Source of the DNA: Pseudomonadota bacterium
GTDB lineage: Bacteria; Bdellovibrionota_G; JALEGL01; DATDPG01
Assembly (NCBI GenBank): GCA_043804515.1
Contig: JAZDIZ010000003.1
Span: 1 to 41,137 of the forward strand
DNA: 41,137 nt
Direction: 5' to 3'
Under the pieces are notes generated by a model. It was not told where the DNA came from, did no database searches, and saw nothing but the letters and a program-made list of their open reading frames with translations. A program made the position numbers and the translations under genes. Each line of letters starts with the position of its first letter. Position 1 is the first letter of the stretch. Shown here one piece after another: positions 1-9,687 of the stretch.

Positions 1-878
1 CTGGAAAGGAGCTGGTCGCGAAGGCCCTCCACCGATATTCCACCCGCCGCGAACAACCGTTCGTGGCCGTTCACTGCGGAGCGATTCCCGACACGTTGTT
101 GGAATCCTCATTTTTCGGGCACGTCAAAGGGGCTTTTACCGGAGCGGACCGGGACCGCACCGGATTCTTCGTTCTCGCCGACGAAGGCACGCTGTTCTTG
201 GACGAGATCGACGCGCTTTCGTTGGAGGGCCAGGCGAAGCTGACCCGGGTTCTTCAGGAATCCAAGGTCCGGCCCGTTGGGGCCGCCGGGGAGGTCGGCG
301 TGAACGTCCGGGTGCTCAGCGCCTCGAATCAGACACCGGAACAACTGGTGACTTCGGGCCGGTTGCGCGAGGACCTCTTCTATCGTCTTCACGTGATCCG
401 GATCGACTCGCCTCCCCTGCGGGACCGTCTGGAGGACATCCCTTTGCTGGTGGCTCATTTTCTGCTGCAGACGTCGCGCGAGCTCCGGATTCCGGAACCT
501 CTCGTGGGCGATGACGTGCTTTCGGCCTTGATGCGGTACGCTTGGCCCGGCAATGTCCGGGAACTTCGAAACGAGATCGAACGCCTCGTAGCCCTTTCGC
601 CTCGAGGCTCCGGGCGGCCCCACATCGCCGTTTCATCCCTGCGTCCGGAGATTCTCGGAAAAGCAGACTCGGCGAAAAAGTCCGGTGGACTTTCGGAAGT
701 TGTTGATAAGGCCGAGCGGGAAGCCATTCTCGCGGTTTTGAACCGGCACGATTGGAACAAGACGTACGCGGCGAAAGAACTGAGCCTTACGCGCGCAAGC
801 CTTCGGAACAAGATGAAACGCCTCAAGATTCCGTCGGTCCGGCCGGGCGACCGCAGGCAGTTCCAGCCAACCGTGTAG
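1..878 (+). CDS. Sigma54-dependent transcriptional activator (NtrC/Fis family bEBP), 5'-truncated by window edge
   Basis: Frame is open from base 3 ([10 protein letters not shown], end of Walker A). GAFTGA loop, LFLDEID Walker [17 protein letters not shown] and C-terminal HTH ([12 protein letters not shown]). Confidence 0.95.
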   Translation, partial: GKELVAKALHRYSTRREQPFVAVHCGAIPDTLLESSFFGHVKGAFTGADRDRTGFFVLADEGTLFLDEIDALSLEGQAKLTRVLQESKVRPVGAAGEVGVNVRVLSASNQTPEQLVTSGRLREDLFYRLHVIRIDSPPLRDRLEDIPLLVAHFLLQTSRELRIPEPLVGDDVLSALMRYAWPGNVRELRNEIERLVALSPRGSGRPHIAVSSLRPEILGKADSAKKSGGLSEVVDKAEREAILAVLNRHDWNKTYAAKELSLTRASLRNKMKRLKIPSVRPGDRRQFQPTV

Positions 879-1045
879 GCGCTAAGTTTTCGCAGCGTCT
901 TTCAGAAGGACTCCGTCCCCATTGGTGTAACCAATCGCTGCGGGCCCCAGGTTACTGTTTGCGCCTTTCCCTGGTTCTGGAGTAACCGAACACAGACAAC
1001 TTGTTGAAATAATTATCCTTATTTTAACCCGTATCCGCGATTATC

Positions 1046-1061
1046 TGGTATGGGTCTTGCT
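1046..1061 (+). promoter_or_regulatory. Sigma54 -24/-12 promoter
   Basis: TGGTATGGGTCTTGCT fits TGGCACG-N4-TTGCW with exact GG-N10-GC spacing. IHF-like site at 997-1009; palindrome ATTGGT-gta-ACCAAT at 921-935 is a candidate enhancer. Confidence 0.7.
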
Positions 1062-1075
1062 TTTCTAAAGGAGGG

Positions 1076-1669
1076 ATGGAATCCGGAAGGCAGAGAGGAG
1101 CAACGGGCTGGATCACGGCGCTTGTTGTAGTCCTCCCATTTCTCTTCTTCGGCTGCTCGGCGGTCGACCCTGCGGCGAATCCCGCCGCCGATTCTCTCGC
1201 TGCGGCCCGATCCTCAAACGGGACCGACCCGATTCTGCAGCTGGATCCCGGCATGGATACGGCGAGCACGGACACTCAACGGAATCCGGATCTGGAACCG
1301 GGCCCGATCCCGCCGATCACACTCCAGCCTGCGCCTCTGCTGACTCGGAGCCTCGTAGCAGCCCTGTTTGACGTCAATAACGAACTCACGACCGTCGCCG
1401 GAACCGTGGGAGCGGCTGCGGACGGCGTGACCCGCATCCTCGGCCTGAAGCCGGACGGTTCACCGTTCGAGCTCGCATCCAACCAGGACGGCTCGTTCAC
1501 CGGCCTGATCGACGGCGTGCAGCCGGACGATCTTCTCGTTCTTTGGGGTGAGGGTGACGGCTATCTCCCCGGCGGCCAGGGGATCAATGCGATCGAGGTT
1601 CGGGTGACCAAGAGAGGCTACTCGAGCGGTTGTCTCGTCAACGGCTGCGAGATGCTGCCGGCCGACTAA
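1076..1669 (+). CDS. Hypothetical lipoprotein
   Basis: SD AAGGAGG; hydrophobic signal ending in FFGC lipobox; Pro-rich linker followed by a beta-rich domain. Confidence 0.75.
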   Translation: MESGRQRGATGWITALVVVLPFLFFGCSAVDPAANPAADSLAAARSSNGTDPILQLDPGMDTASTDTQRNPDLEPGPIPPITLQPAPLLTRSLVAALFDVNNELTTVAGTVGAAADGVTRILGLKPDGSPFELASNQDGSFTGLIDGVQPDDLLVLWGEGDGYLPGGQGINAIEVRVTKRGYSSGCLVNGCEMLPAD

Positions 1670-1844
1670 TAGAACCGATCTTCCCAAGGAAAAAGGGGAC
1701 GGAGGGAAAAAATTGGCAATGGCCCAGTTGTTGTCTCGTCCACCTCGTAGTTAAGCGAAGAAGAGCTCCGTACCTCCGTGCCTCTTTTGAAGAAGGGTAC
1801 GAAAGACCCCTAGAAAGGGAGGAAAATGTGCGAGCTGAATATGC

Positions 1845-2030
1845 TTAGGTCTTCTTGATGCACTCGACCGGGCAGATGGCCACGCACTTGGAGCCGTCGG
1901 GCTGATCCTTACATTCGTTACAGGTCGTCGGATTGATCGTGTAGACGTCGCCTTCCACAATCGAATTCGTCGGGCATTCCGGCACGCAAGCCCCGCAAGC
2001 GCTGCAATCCTCAGTGATCTTCATGGCCAT
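1845..2030 (-). CDS. 2[4Fe-4S] ferredoxin (YfhL/Allochromatium-like spacing)
   Basis: CSACGACVPECP and CNEC-x8-CVAICP; SD AGGAGG before ATG at 2030. Confidence 0.93.
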   Translation of the reverse strand: MAMKITEDCSACGACVPECPTNSIVEGDVYTINPTTCNECKDQPDGSKCVAICPVECIKKT

Positions 2031-2127
2031 CGAAAACAACCTCCTAAGGTGATTGAAACTATATGAAAATCTAGTTGATGTGGCCGTCCGCTCGTATGAT
2101 CTTAATCATGAAATCAGGCCCCCCCTA

Positions 2128-3477
2128 ATGCTCGGCTCCATTCAGGAACTGGCTCCGCTGATTCGGTCGGGACAGATCTCTCCGGTGGAGCTCACGCGGG
2201 GGTGCCTGGAACGCATCGAGAAGCTCGATCCCTCGCTGAACGCCTTTATTACCATAGCAGCGGATGCCGCCCTGGTGCAGGCCCGCGCGGCCGAAAAAGA
2301 AATCACGCGCGGCCGGTACCGTGGGCCCCTTCATGGAATCCCCATCGGTTTAAAGGACGTGATTGACACCGCCGGGCTTTTGACGACGGCCGCCAGCGGT
2401 GTTTACAAGGACCGTATTCCGACGGCGGACGCGAAAGTCGTGCGCAGAGTGACCGAAGCCGGAGCTGTGATTTTGGGAAAGCAGAACCTGCATGAGTTCG
2501 CATACGGCGCAAGCTCGCTTGTGAGTTCCTTCGGTCCCGTCCGGAACCCCTGGGACACATCGCGGATCACGGGCGGATCCTCCGGAGGCTCCGCCGCGGC
2601 GGTGGCTGTGGGCCTTGGCTTCGCTGCGATCGGTACGGATACGGCGGGTTCGATCCGCCTGCCGGCGGCGTATTGCGGCGTCGTGGGACTCAAACCGACG
2701 TACGGCCGGGTCAGCTCAAAAGGCGTGATCCCGCTTTCTCCGTCGCTGGACCATGTCGGACCGATCACGCGCACCGTGGGCGACGCGCTCCTCGTGTTCC
2801 AAGCTATCGCTGAACCGGTTCCGGCAATGGAAAGATCTCAGACGGACATCCGTGACGTTCGCATCGGCGTTCCGCGGGAACACTTTTTCGATCAACTGGA
2901 CGCGGAGATCGCGTCGGCTGTCGAAGTGGCGATTGGAATCCTTCGTCCGATGGTAGCTGAGGTCCGGGACGTAGTTCTGACGGTGGACGAGGATCGGACG
3001 CTTCAAAAGGCCGAATCTTTCATGGTCCACAAAGAGGCCGTGCGTGAGAAGCCATCGCTCTACCAACCTGAAACCCTCCGGCGGATCAGGTCGGGAGAAA
3101 CGATCTCGGTCACGGAGCGCCAAAATGCTCTAAACAGTCTTAACGAGCAGCGCGAACACATCCGGGAGATTTTCAGCCGGGTGGATCTTCTGGTTACGCC
3201 GACCGTGTCCGTTCCGCCGGGGGTCATCGAAGACCTCCTTCACAATCCGGACGCACTTCGCCCCCGGGAGCTGCGCATGCTTCGTAACACGCGGCCGTTC
3301 AATGTGTGGGGAATCCCGGCCGTCTCCATCCCCTGCGGGTTCACGTCGAATGGACTTCCGATCGGTCTGCAGATCGCCGGGCCGTTGGAGCGAGAGGATC
3401 TGGTGCTTGAGGTGGCCCTCGCGTACGAACAGGCCACGCCTTGGCATCTCAGCGTTCCCGAGGCCGGCGCGTTTTAA
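2128..3477 (+). CDS. Amidase signature family protein (GatA/AtzE-like)
   Basis: GIPIGLKD, GGSSGGSAAAVA and GTDTAGSIRLPA give the Lys-Ser-Ser triad. No gatB/gatC adjacent. Start uncertain. Confidence 0.92.
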   Translation: MLGSIQELAPLIRSGQISPVELTRGCLERIEKLDPSLNAFITIAADAALVQARAAEKEITRGRYRGPLHGIPIGLKDVIDTAGLLTTAASGVYKDRIPTADAKVVRRVTEAGAVILGKQNLHEFAYGASSLVSSFGPVRNPWDTSRITGGSSGGSAAAVAVGLGFAAIGTDTAGSIRLPAAYCGVVGLKPTYGRVSSKGVIPLSPSLDHVGPITRTVGDALLVFQAIAEPVPAMERSQTDIRDVRIGVPREHFFDQLDAEIASAVEVAIGILRPMVAEVRDVVLTVDEDRTLQKAESFMVHKEAVREKPSLYQPETLRRIRSGETISVTERQNALNSLNEQREHIREIFSRVDLLVTPTVSVPPGVIEDLLHNPDALRPRELRMLRNTRPFNVWGIPAVSIPCGFTSNGLPIGLQIAGPLEREDLVLEVALAYEQATPWHLSVPEAGAF

Positions 3478-3530
3478 AGCCTGAGGGGAGGTCCTTCGTT
3501 ATCGGTGTCGATTATTGCCCTCCGAGAGAT

Positions 3531-3767
3531 TCAGCGGACGTACAACGTCAGCTCCCATTCTCCGGACGCCAGATCGTGTCTCACGATGTACGTCCCCCCG
3601 TCATCGCAGCGCATTTTGAAGTAACGGTGGTCCGGGGCCAACCACCGATCCAGGACTTCGGCCACGTCGAAAGTCTTTCCACCCAGGATGAGTTTCCGGG
3701 GCGTCTCTTCGCCCCGGTAGCCGGCATAGCATTCCACACGAACGGCGATGGGGCGGTCCTCACTCAC
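3531..3767 (-). CDS. Small conserved hypothetical protein
   Basis: VECYAGYRGEETPR...VLDRWLAPDHRYFK...YIVRHD...WEL resembles a recurrent small uncharacterised family. Start 3767 or 3797. Confidence 0.75.
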   Translation of the reverse strand: MSEDRPIAVRVECYAGYRGEETPRKLILGGKTFDVAEVLDRWLAPDHRYFKMRCDDGGTYIVRHDLASGEWELTLYVR

Positions 3768-3848
3768 GGCCGGGGGCATAGGGGTCTTCAGCGGCACGAA
3801 TCCGTGTCCTCGTGAGATGCTACACCCATTTTCCGGGATCTATGGCCG

Positions 3849-5432
3849 TCAGTAAACGTCCGTGGGCACCGTCGGCAGCGTGAAGTCTATGGCCGTGACG
3901 TCGATCATGTTGTTGGCCACGGTCCCCCCAGCAGTACCATGATCGTTGCTGAGCCCCGAATTACCACTGCTTTGGGATACGTATGTAAAATCGGGATCGG
4001 CCGTGCTGCAAGTGTCGGTTGGCGCGTACGTGATCGCAAGCGAACCCAATGCAGTATCGGTCAGATAATGATTGGTGGCGCTGTCGAACTTCACGCATTG
4101 TTTCTGAGCCAGCTCCCGCAGCGTGTGAGTAGCGCCCGGCATGCTCCAATTGCAGACGAACCCCGTAATGTCGCCCAACGTAGCTGCGCCCCCGGAGGTG
4201 TTGACCGCAGGGCCGTAGCCGAAATAGCCGCATCCCTTTAAGTCTCCGGACTGATTGCTGAGCGTTACCTCCAGTGTCCTGGCGTTTTCGGAGCCTGTTC
4301 CGGCCGCCCAAGCGAACGCAAAAGAGCCGGTCCCATCCGCGGGATTCATGTTGAAGAGGTAGTACTTGAATCCGTCCGCGTACCCGTCCGGATTCGAGGG
4401 TGTCGCCGTGTCGGCCGGACTAATGTCATAATTCGTCGATGTGTCGAGCGGCATATGGGCCGAATTACAGAACGTTCCGGTTTGGAGCCGATACGTCAGA
4501 TTCGTAGCCGAAGCCTTTGTGTAGAGAACCGACCCAGCGTCCACAAGCGATCTCGTCTTGTTGGAGCCACCGACGGTATTCGCGTCGTTACAGTTCCCTT
4601 GGTAATCGACGCCGGCGTCCGCATTCGCAAATGCGAACGAGAGCTTTCCCTTGTACGTCGCATTGTCCGCATCTAGAGGTATGTGCTTCAGATAAAGCGT
4701 GACATCCCTGGCTTGACCGTTGGAGGTCATGGTTCCGGTGAGCGTGAAGAAATACACGCTATGTCCTTCGGAATCGGCCGCCTTCTGCTCGAGCGTGGCC
4801 GTAGTAACCGTGACGCCGGTGACGCCGTTGGTCGTGAGAACGTCCTGCAATGTGGACCCAAGGTCGAGCGCAGTCTCACCCGCAGCCGGGATTGTAAGGC
4901 CGTTCGCATTGATCACGCAGACCATACTGGCAAAGGAGTTCACGGCCGCGTCCACGGTCGCGCTGACCTGACGTACCAAAAGGTTGGTTTGCGCGGCAAC
5001 GCATGCGTCTTCGGTCTGATCAATTTCATTCCAGATCCCTGAGTCGCCGCCCCCACTGGAACTGCTGGCGTCGGTTTCGGGATCGTGTGTGTACGCGAGG
5101 CTCGGGCCATAGCAAGCTACGCGAGTTGCTTGAGTCGAAAGATCACTTAACGTAAATGCGCAAGTGCTTGTAGAAGTCGCCGTAAGCATCGTATTCAACG
5201 CATCCTTCTTAGTTGCAAAATCTTCGGTCGCGGGGTCCGTGACCTGAAAGACGCTTGAAAGTTTCGCGTTACCGGCCGCGGCCTGCACGGCGAACGGCGA
5301 CGCTAAAACGAGATCGCTCGGAAAGATGGACGATGCCGCCGTGCTGCCTCCCGTTGAAGAGCTGCTGCATGCTGAGAGACAAAGAACGGCGCCGAACAAT
5401 ACAACGAAACACGATCCCCAAGACTTCTTCAT
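3849..5432 (-). CDS. Large Cys/Thr/Ser-rich hypothetical lipoprotein
   Basis: MKK + hydrophobic stretch + LSAC lipobox followed by Ser/Thr linker; SD-like AGGGGG; ~527 aa open frame. Confidence 0.85.
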   Translation of the reverse strand: MKKSWGSCFVVLFGAVLCLSACSSSSTGGSTAASSIFPSDLVLASPFAVQAAAGNAKLSSVFQVTDPATEDFATKKDALNTMLTATSTSTCAFTLSDLSTQATRVACYGPSLAYTHDPETDASSSSGGGDSGIWNEIDQTEDACVAAQTNLLVRQVSATVDAAVNSFASMVCVINANGLTIPAAGETALDLGSTLQDVLTTNGVTGVTVTTATLEQKAADSEGHSVYFFTLTGTMTSNGQARDVTLYLKHIPLDADNATYKGKLSFAFANADAGVDYQGNCNDANTVGGSNKTRSLVDAGSVLYTKASATNLTYRLQTGTFCNSAHMPLDTSTNYDISPADTATPSNPDGYADGFKYYLFNMNPADGTGSFAFAWAAGTGSENARTLEVTLSNQSGDLKGCGYFGYGPAVNTSGGAATLGDITGFVCNWSMPGATHTLRELAQKQCVKFDSATNHYLTDTALGSLAITYAPTDTCSTADPDFTYVSQSSGNSGLSNDHGTAGGTVANNMIDVTAIDFTLPTVPTDVY

Positions 5433-5740
5433 ATGGCCCCCTGGTGGGTTCGAATTGAAAGACCCTGAATCAAACGGTGACGCTGAAAACCACTCCAAGA
5501 GGAAATAATAGGGCGGCTCCCCGCTTTTACAAGTTTTAGGTCTCAGCTCTCGACCTCCGCCCCCAATTTGGAGGGTTCAAATTAACGCGTAATAGGCAGC
5601 CGACATTTCGCACGCCATTGATAATATACAAACAATAATAAATACTTATAGAATATGTGACGCACGACCGGCAATATCTTGACATGCGTGCATCATCGTG
5701 AATATGTAGCAGGTAGGGGAAGGGATTCGAAGGGGGAAAA

Positions 5741-6244
5741 ATGAAAAAGCTAATCGGGCTTTTTTTCCTGATACCGGGCCTCGTTCTGGCCCAGGGATCG
5801 TTGGAGGCCAAGAAACAATGCGAGCAGAACAAGAAACGTTCTTGGAGAATGGCGATCGTGGACTGCTCGCGGGTGGGAGTCAGTCTTTTTGACGATCGAG
5901 GCTCACCGACAAGGGAGTCCGTGATCAGCGGTTTGGTCGCGAACCTGACAAGGCCGTTTCCGTCCCCGGATGGCAGCTTGGTTCCATCGGGTCCGAAGCC
6001 GAAAGGGGTTATTTTAGGCCAACCTACGTCCGCCCTCGAATTGGAGCTGCTGGACAAGGTCTATTGTGCCGGGAAGTTCCAGGATGTGGCGTTCAAACAC
6101 GAGGCGGACTTTGCGGCCTTGTTCGACCGCAAGGACTATCCGGCATGGTTGGGACAAGCCGCCGTGTATCGAAGAGCCGACGGCTCACTCGTCTGCGTCG
6201 AAGTTACGGGAGGTGCCAGCCAGCAGATCTATGACGTGAACTAG
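5741..6244 (+). CDS. Hypothetical secreted protein
   Basis: MKKLIGLFFLIPGLVLA signal peptide; purine-rich SD. Confidence 0.75.
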   Translation: MKKLIGLFFLIPGLVLAQGSLEAKKQCEQNKKRSWRMAIVDCSRVGVSLFDDRGSPTRESVISGLVANLTRPFPSPDGSLVPSGPKPKGVILGQPTSALELELLDKVYCAGKFQDVAFKHEADFAALFDRKDYPAWLGQAAVYRRADGSLVCVEVTGGASQQIYDVN

Positions 6245-6314
6245 AAAGTGTAGGCCCGCAAGGGGACCGTCGGCGCACACGTACCTGCCGACGGAAAGCG
6301 GGGAAGGGGGAATC

Positions 6315-6860
6315 ATGATTTGGAAAGTTCTGTTCATATCGTTTTTGGCCATAGTGGCGGGTTTCATTTGGGTGGCGCATGCGGAGGAGGCCCCACCGCA
6401 AATCCCGGGCCATGTGACGGTCAGCACGTATTCGAAGAACGCACCGAGTTTTGTGAAGATCGAGGGGGAAGCAGCGCGTGCGATGCGCGCCACAAAGGGG
6501 CCGGGACTGTCGGAAACCACGGACTGCTATCAGACGGATCGGAACGTGTGTCAATTCTCGTTCGACCGCTTTGGCGTGGTGTTTGCGAGGAAGCCTCCAC
6601 TCGGGGCTCCCGTCCAGAATGCGACCGGGCAAGTGATGTTTGAAATGGAAGAGGGGATTGCCGTCGTGACGATCAAGGGCATACCGGCGTCGCTCATTTT
6701 CAGTTCGATGCAACGTGTCCCCATCGCCCTGACGACGATGTGGCAGGCAAGGCCGGGAAAAAATCTCTATTGTGCGACGCTTCGAAGCGAGCCGGCCGGG
6801 GACCTGTCCTTTTGCAAAGCGAAGCTTGAGAAAGGCGGATTCATTCCATTCTCGGAATAG
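6315..6860 (+). CDS. Hypothetical secreted protein
   Basis: Signal peptide ending in AHA; SD AAGGGGG; paired Cys. Confidence 0.75.
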   Translation: MIWKVLFISFLAIVAGFIWVAHAEEAPPQIPGHVTVSTYSKNAPSFVKIEGEAARAMRATKGPGLSETTDCYQTDRNVCQFSFDRFGVVFARKPPLGAPVQNATGQVMFEMEEGIAVVTIKGIPASLIFSSMQRVPIALTTMWQARPGKNLYCATLRSEPAGDLSFCKAKLEKGGFIPFSE

Positions 6861-6901
6861 CCTGACCCCGTTTTGGCATTCCCAAATTCAGATAGACGGA
6901 T

Positions 6902-7612
6902 TCAAGTCGAACACCGCAAGAGGGCTTCATCGATGAGAGAACACCGTATCCGGCCTTGAGCGGCGGCGGTCTGGATCGTGCATTGTTTTGTATTGGGCAC
7001 ACTGCGGGGCCAAACCGGGGGCTCGATCAGAATTACGGGACAATGTCGGAGCATCAGAAATTCCAAGGAACAACCGGCAATGTATTGAACCGTTATCCAA
7101 GCGCCTCCGACCATTCCAGCCCAGGAAAGAGCCGCTCCGAGCCTCTTGATGTTTTCTATTTCGGATCGGGAGAGGGGAATGAAGAATTCGGTCTTTCCTT
7201 GGGGCTCCATCGTGTGCTTGGAAGGGAGAGTGGGGTACAGGATTTCTTTCGTCCCACTGTCGTGGAAAACCTTTACGGGGTCGGCGCTGAACGGGTCCAT
7301 ATGGCTGACGCACTGCCACCGGTAATAAAGGTGGGCATCGCCGGAAGTGAATTGTTCCTTGAAGCTCTCTTGGCTCCACACCCTGCAGTAGTCGCCGCAC
7401 TTAGGCTCCGCCGCTATACATGATGGGACGTCCGGAAATCCTCCGAACTTCATGAAGCTCGTTCCGATAAGCTTGGACGTTCCCTTTCTGGCTCCACAGT
7501 CACAGGTTCCTATCGCACCCAGGGTCTGTGCGTTTGTTTCGGAGAACGTGAAGAAAATAAGGAGAAGTACGCCCCCGTGTATTCCGAATCCCAAGAGTCC
7601 CACCGCCTTCAA
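6902..7612 (-). CDS. Hypothetical Cys-rich exported/membrane protein
   Basis: N-terminal hydrophobic segment, many Cys, second hydrophobic segment. TTGACG-N17-TACAAC lies directly upstream. Confidence 0.55.
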   Translation of the reverse strand: MKAVGLLGFGIHGGVLLLIFFTFSETNAQTLGAIGTCDCGARKGTSKLIGTSFMKFGGFPDVPSCIAAEPKCGDYCRVWSQESFKEQFTSGDAHLYYRWQCVSHMDPFSADPVKVFHDSGTKEILYPTLPSKHTMEPQGKTEFFIPLSRSEIENIKRLGAALSWAGMVGGAWITVQYIAGCSLEFLMLRHCPVILIEPPVWPRSVPNTKQCTIQTAAAQGRIRCSLIDEALLRCST

Positions 7613-7689
7613 TGACGCGTTGTAGCAAGCGATCTATGGATCGTCAAGTAGGCTATGGCCTATGTACTCGAAATGAATAGACCAATGTC

Positions 7690-9270
7690 CTAAATCGGTC
7701 GAAAGGCAACGACCTGAAATTGGATCGATTCCTCGACCTTCGTCCCCATTTTGAATTTCCGGAGTGAGAGGCCGAGAAGGACGCATCCCAAAAGAAGGAA
7801 GAGCGATCCGGCCGAATGAGTCGCGGCGCAACCGCCGTCGACTGCGGCACCCGACCCCGTTGGTGCCGGGGTGTTCGGATCGGGAGCCCCGGAGGCGCCG
7901 ATATCGGAGCCGTCACTGGCGGCCCCGATAGCGGGGGAACCGCTTGCCAGCCTGAAATCGCCCGTTGCGGGATTGGTAAACAAGGGGTCGGCCTCAAATG
8001 AATGGGCGTCCGTTCCGCCGTTGGCCTTCCACTCCGCGAACGTTCCGTAATAACCGAACGAAAGCGTTCCGCTCCGGTTCTGGAACAGGTTGTAATCCCC
8101 TGCCCACTGGCTCTTGAGCCAGTTGTCAAAATGAAAGATTGCGGAGGTTTCGCTGGCGTAACTGAAGATGTTGTTCGTGAACGTGTCAGCGGGTATGGGA
8201 GCAGCAAGGTCTCCGGCGAAGTAGAAGCTCCAGGTATCGGATCCGTCTGAGTAAAACGTGTTGTGGTCCCACGTGTTGCCTCCGTTCCCGCCGTAGTAGC
8301 CTAAAAAATCCTCACCGTTCGACCAGAAGATGTTGTTGGTGAACTGATTCCCGCTTCCCATTCCGAAGAGATACGTGGCGTGGACGGCGTCGCTATAAAA
8401 TACATTGCGCAGGAATTGGTTGCGCGAGGGGAGCGTCTTGTCCACGTTTCCGGAGCTAATGTGGAGTGCAGGCTGGGCGCCGTGCGATCGGAACAGGTTG
8501 TCGGTGTACAGGCCGTCGTCGGACTCGTCCCGCATGTACAAGCCCATAGCCGTTCCGGTCGATATGACCGTGTTGTTCGTGAACGTCGTGTGTGTGGCGC
8601 AGCGGATCCGAACGGCTGCCGTCCCTTCGGGAGGGGGGTCGTTGCGTGTATCGGTAACTACGTTGTCGGTGATGACCGTGTCGAGCCTCGGGCAGGGATC
8701 GTATTTGCCACCGACCACCTCCAGAAGAGTCTTCACGTCTGTCGAACCGCCCGCAATTGTGTTGTGCGAAACGGTGTTCCGGAAGGGGAACCAGGTTTCT
8801 TGGTCCGAATTGCTGACACCGATGCCACCCTCGCCGACGGTGTTGTTCGTGATCGTGACGTCATCACCGCCAAGGCTTCCGATGCTGTTCACCGTCAGAT
8901 GATCGAATGTCACGTGGTTCACGCCGTCGCCGTAGACCCGGACGTCCCCATTCGACGTGAAGTTGGAAACGCTGATGTTGGTCCAGTTTTGGGGTGCAAG
9001 GGGATCCGGGTCTTGGACGTCCACGGCATACCCGCCGGAAGTCGTGATCGTATGTCCGTTTCCGTCCAGCGTGACGTCGCTGGCCCGGATCGTAAAGCAA
9101 GTATCGGTCCCCGAGGCCGCCACATTCTGCGACAGACTGTAACTCCCACCCGTCGTGATCATCTGGCAGGAGGAGAGGGAGTCGGCATGAGCGGTTTGGA
9201 TCGACGGGACCGCCATGAAGAAAATCCCAAAGCCTAGGCCGTGCCTCAAAACAGTTCTTTTCATGCCCAT
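7690..9270 (-). CDS. Secreted right-handed parallel beta-helix protein with C-terminal GGC-TM-basic tail
   Basis: Signal peptide (AHA); VTLDGNGHTI and many xxITNNT/FTNNIF repeats; DPLF...DFRLASGSPAI...DIGA cap; tail GGCAA...LFLLLGCVLLGLSLRKFK. Start set downstream of the sigma54 promoter. Confidence 0.88.
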   Translation of the reverse strand: MGMKRTVLRHGLGFGIFFMAVPSIQTAHADSLSSCQMITTGGSYSLSQNVAASGTDTCFTIRASDVTLDGNGHTITTSGGYAVDVQDPDPLAPQNWTNISVSNFTSNGDVRVYGDGVNHVTFDHLTVNSIGSLGGDDVTITNNTVGEGGIGVSNSDQETWFPFRNTVSHNTIAGGSTDVKTLLEVVGGKYDPCPRLDTVITDNVVTDTRNDPPPEGTAAVRIRCATHTTFTNNTVISTGTAMGLYMRDESDDGLYTDNLFRSHGAQPALHISSGNVDKTLPSRNQFLRNVFYSDAVHATYLFGMGSGNQFTNNIFWSNGEDFLGYYGGNGGNTWDHNTFYSDGSDTWSFYFAGDLAAPIPADTFTNNIFSYASETSAIFHFDNWLKSQWAGDYNLFQNRSGTLSFGYYGTFAEWKANGGTDAHSFEADPLFTNPATGDFRLASGSPAIGAASDGSDIGASGAPDPNTPAPTGSGAAVDGGCAATHSAGSLFLLLGCVLLGLSLRKFKMGTKVEESIQFQVVAFRPI

Positions 9271-9283
9271 AATAAAAAGGATT

Positions 9284-9299
9284 AGCAGGAACCGTGCCA
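9284..9299 (-). promoter_or_regulatory. Sigma54 -24/-12 promoter
   Basis: Minus strand reads TGGCACGGTTCCTGCT; IHF-like TTTCAA-N4-TTG at 9304-9316. Confidence 0.85.
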
Positions 9300-9402
9300 A
9301 GGGCAACTAATTGAAATCATTTATTGAACTGCCCTATAAATAAGGAGGGGGCCGCAAATTGTGCGGGGCACATGCATGCCAAAATCAAGAACCTTGGAGC
9401 TG

Positions 9403-9681
9403 TTACGCCGCGGGCTTTGGCCCCGGCTCGGTAGGCAGATCCTCCTTCACGAATGTGATGCCGTTCAAGACGAGCAAGACAACGGCCACGGGAAAGAAAA
9501 CCAAGGCCCAGAATGCCAGCCAAAAAACGGAACCGGGATACTCGACATGAACCGTTCGATCGGGACTCTCAAATCGACCTCGCATGGCCAGGAGAACAAA
9601 CGCCACGGGGAAAAGGAAAATAGCCCAGAAGATGAGCCAGAATTTCGAGCCGGAATACTGAAGTTTGAAATGATGGGACAT
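9403..9681 (-). CDS. Small membrane protein with internal two-fold repeat
   Basis: YSGSKFWLIFWAIFLFPVAFVLL and YPGSVFWLAFWALVFFPVAVVLL are two homologous hydrophobic units. Confidence 0.8.
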   Translation of the reverse strand: MSHHFKLQYSGSKFWLIFWAIFLFPVAFVLLAMRGRFESPDRTVHVEYPGSVFWLAFWALVFFPVAVVLLVLNGITFVKEDLPTEPGPKPAA

Positions 9682-9687
9682 GAACCC

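Noticed and set aside
2128..3477. gatA
   Set aside because: No gatC/gatB neighbours; stand-alone amidase, so no symbol assigned.
5602..5617. Fifth sigma54 promoter (TGGCGTGCGAAATGTC, minus strand) and a riboswitch in the leader of the large lipoprotein
   Set aside because: The -12 GC is missing (GT), and I could not match any riboswitch consensus in 5433-5600.
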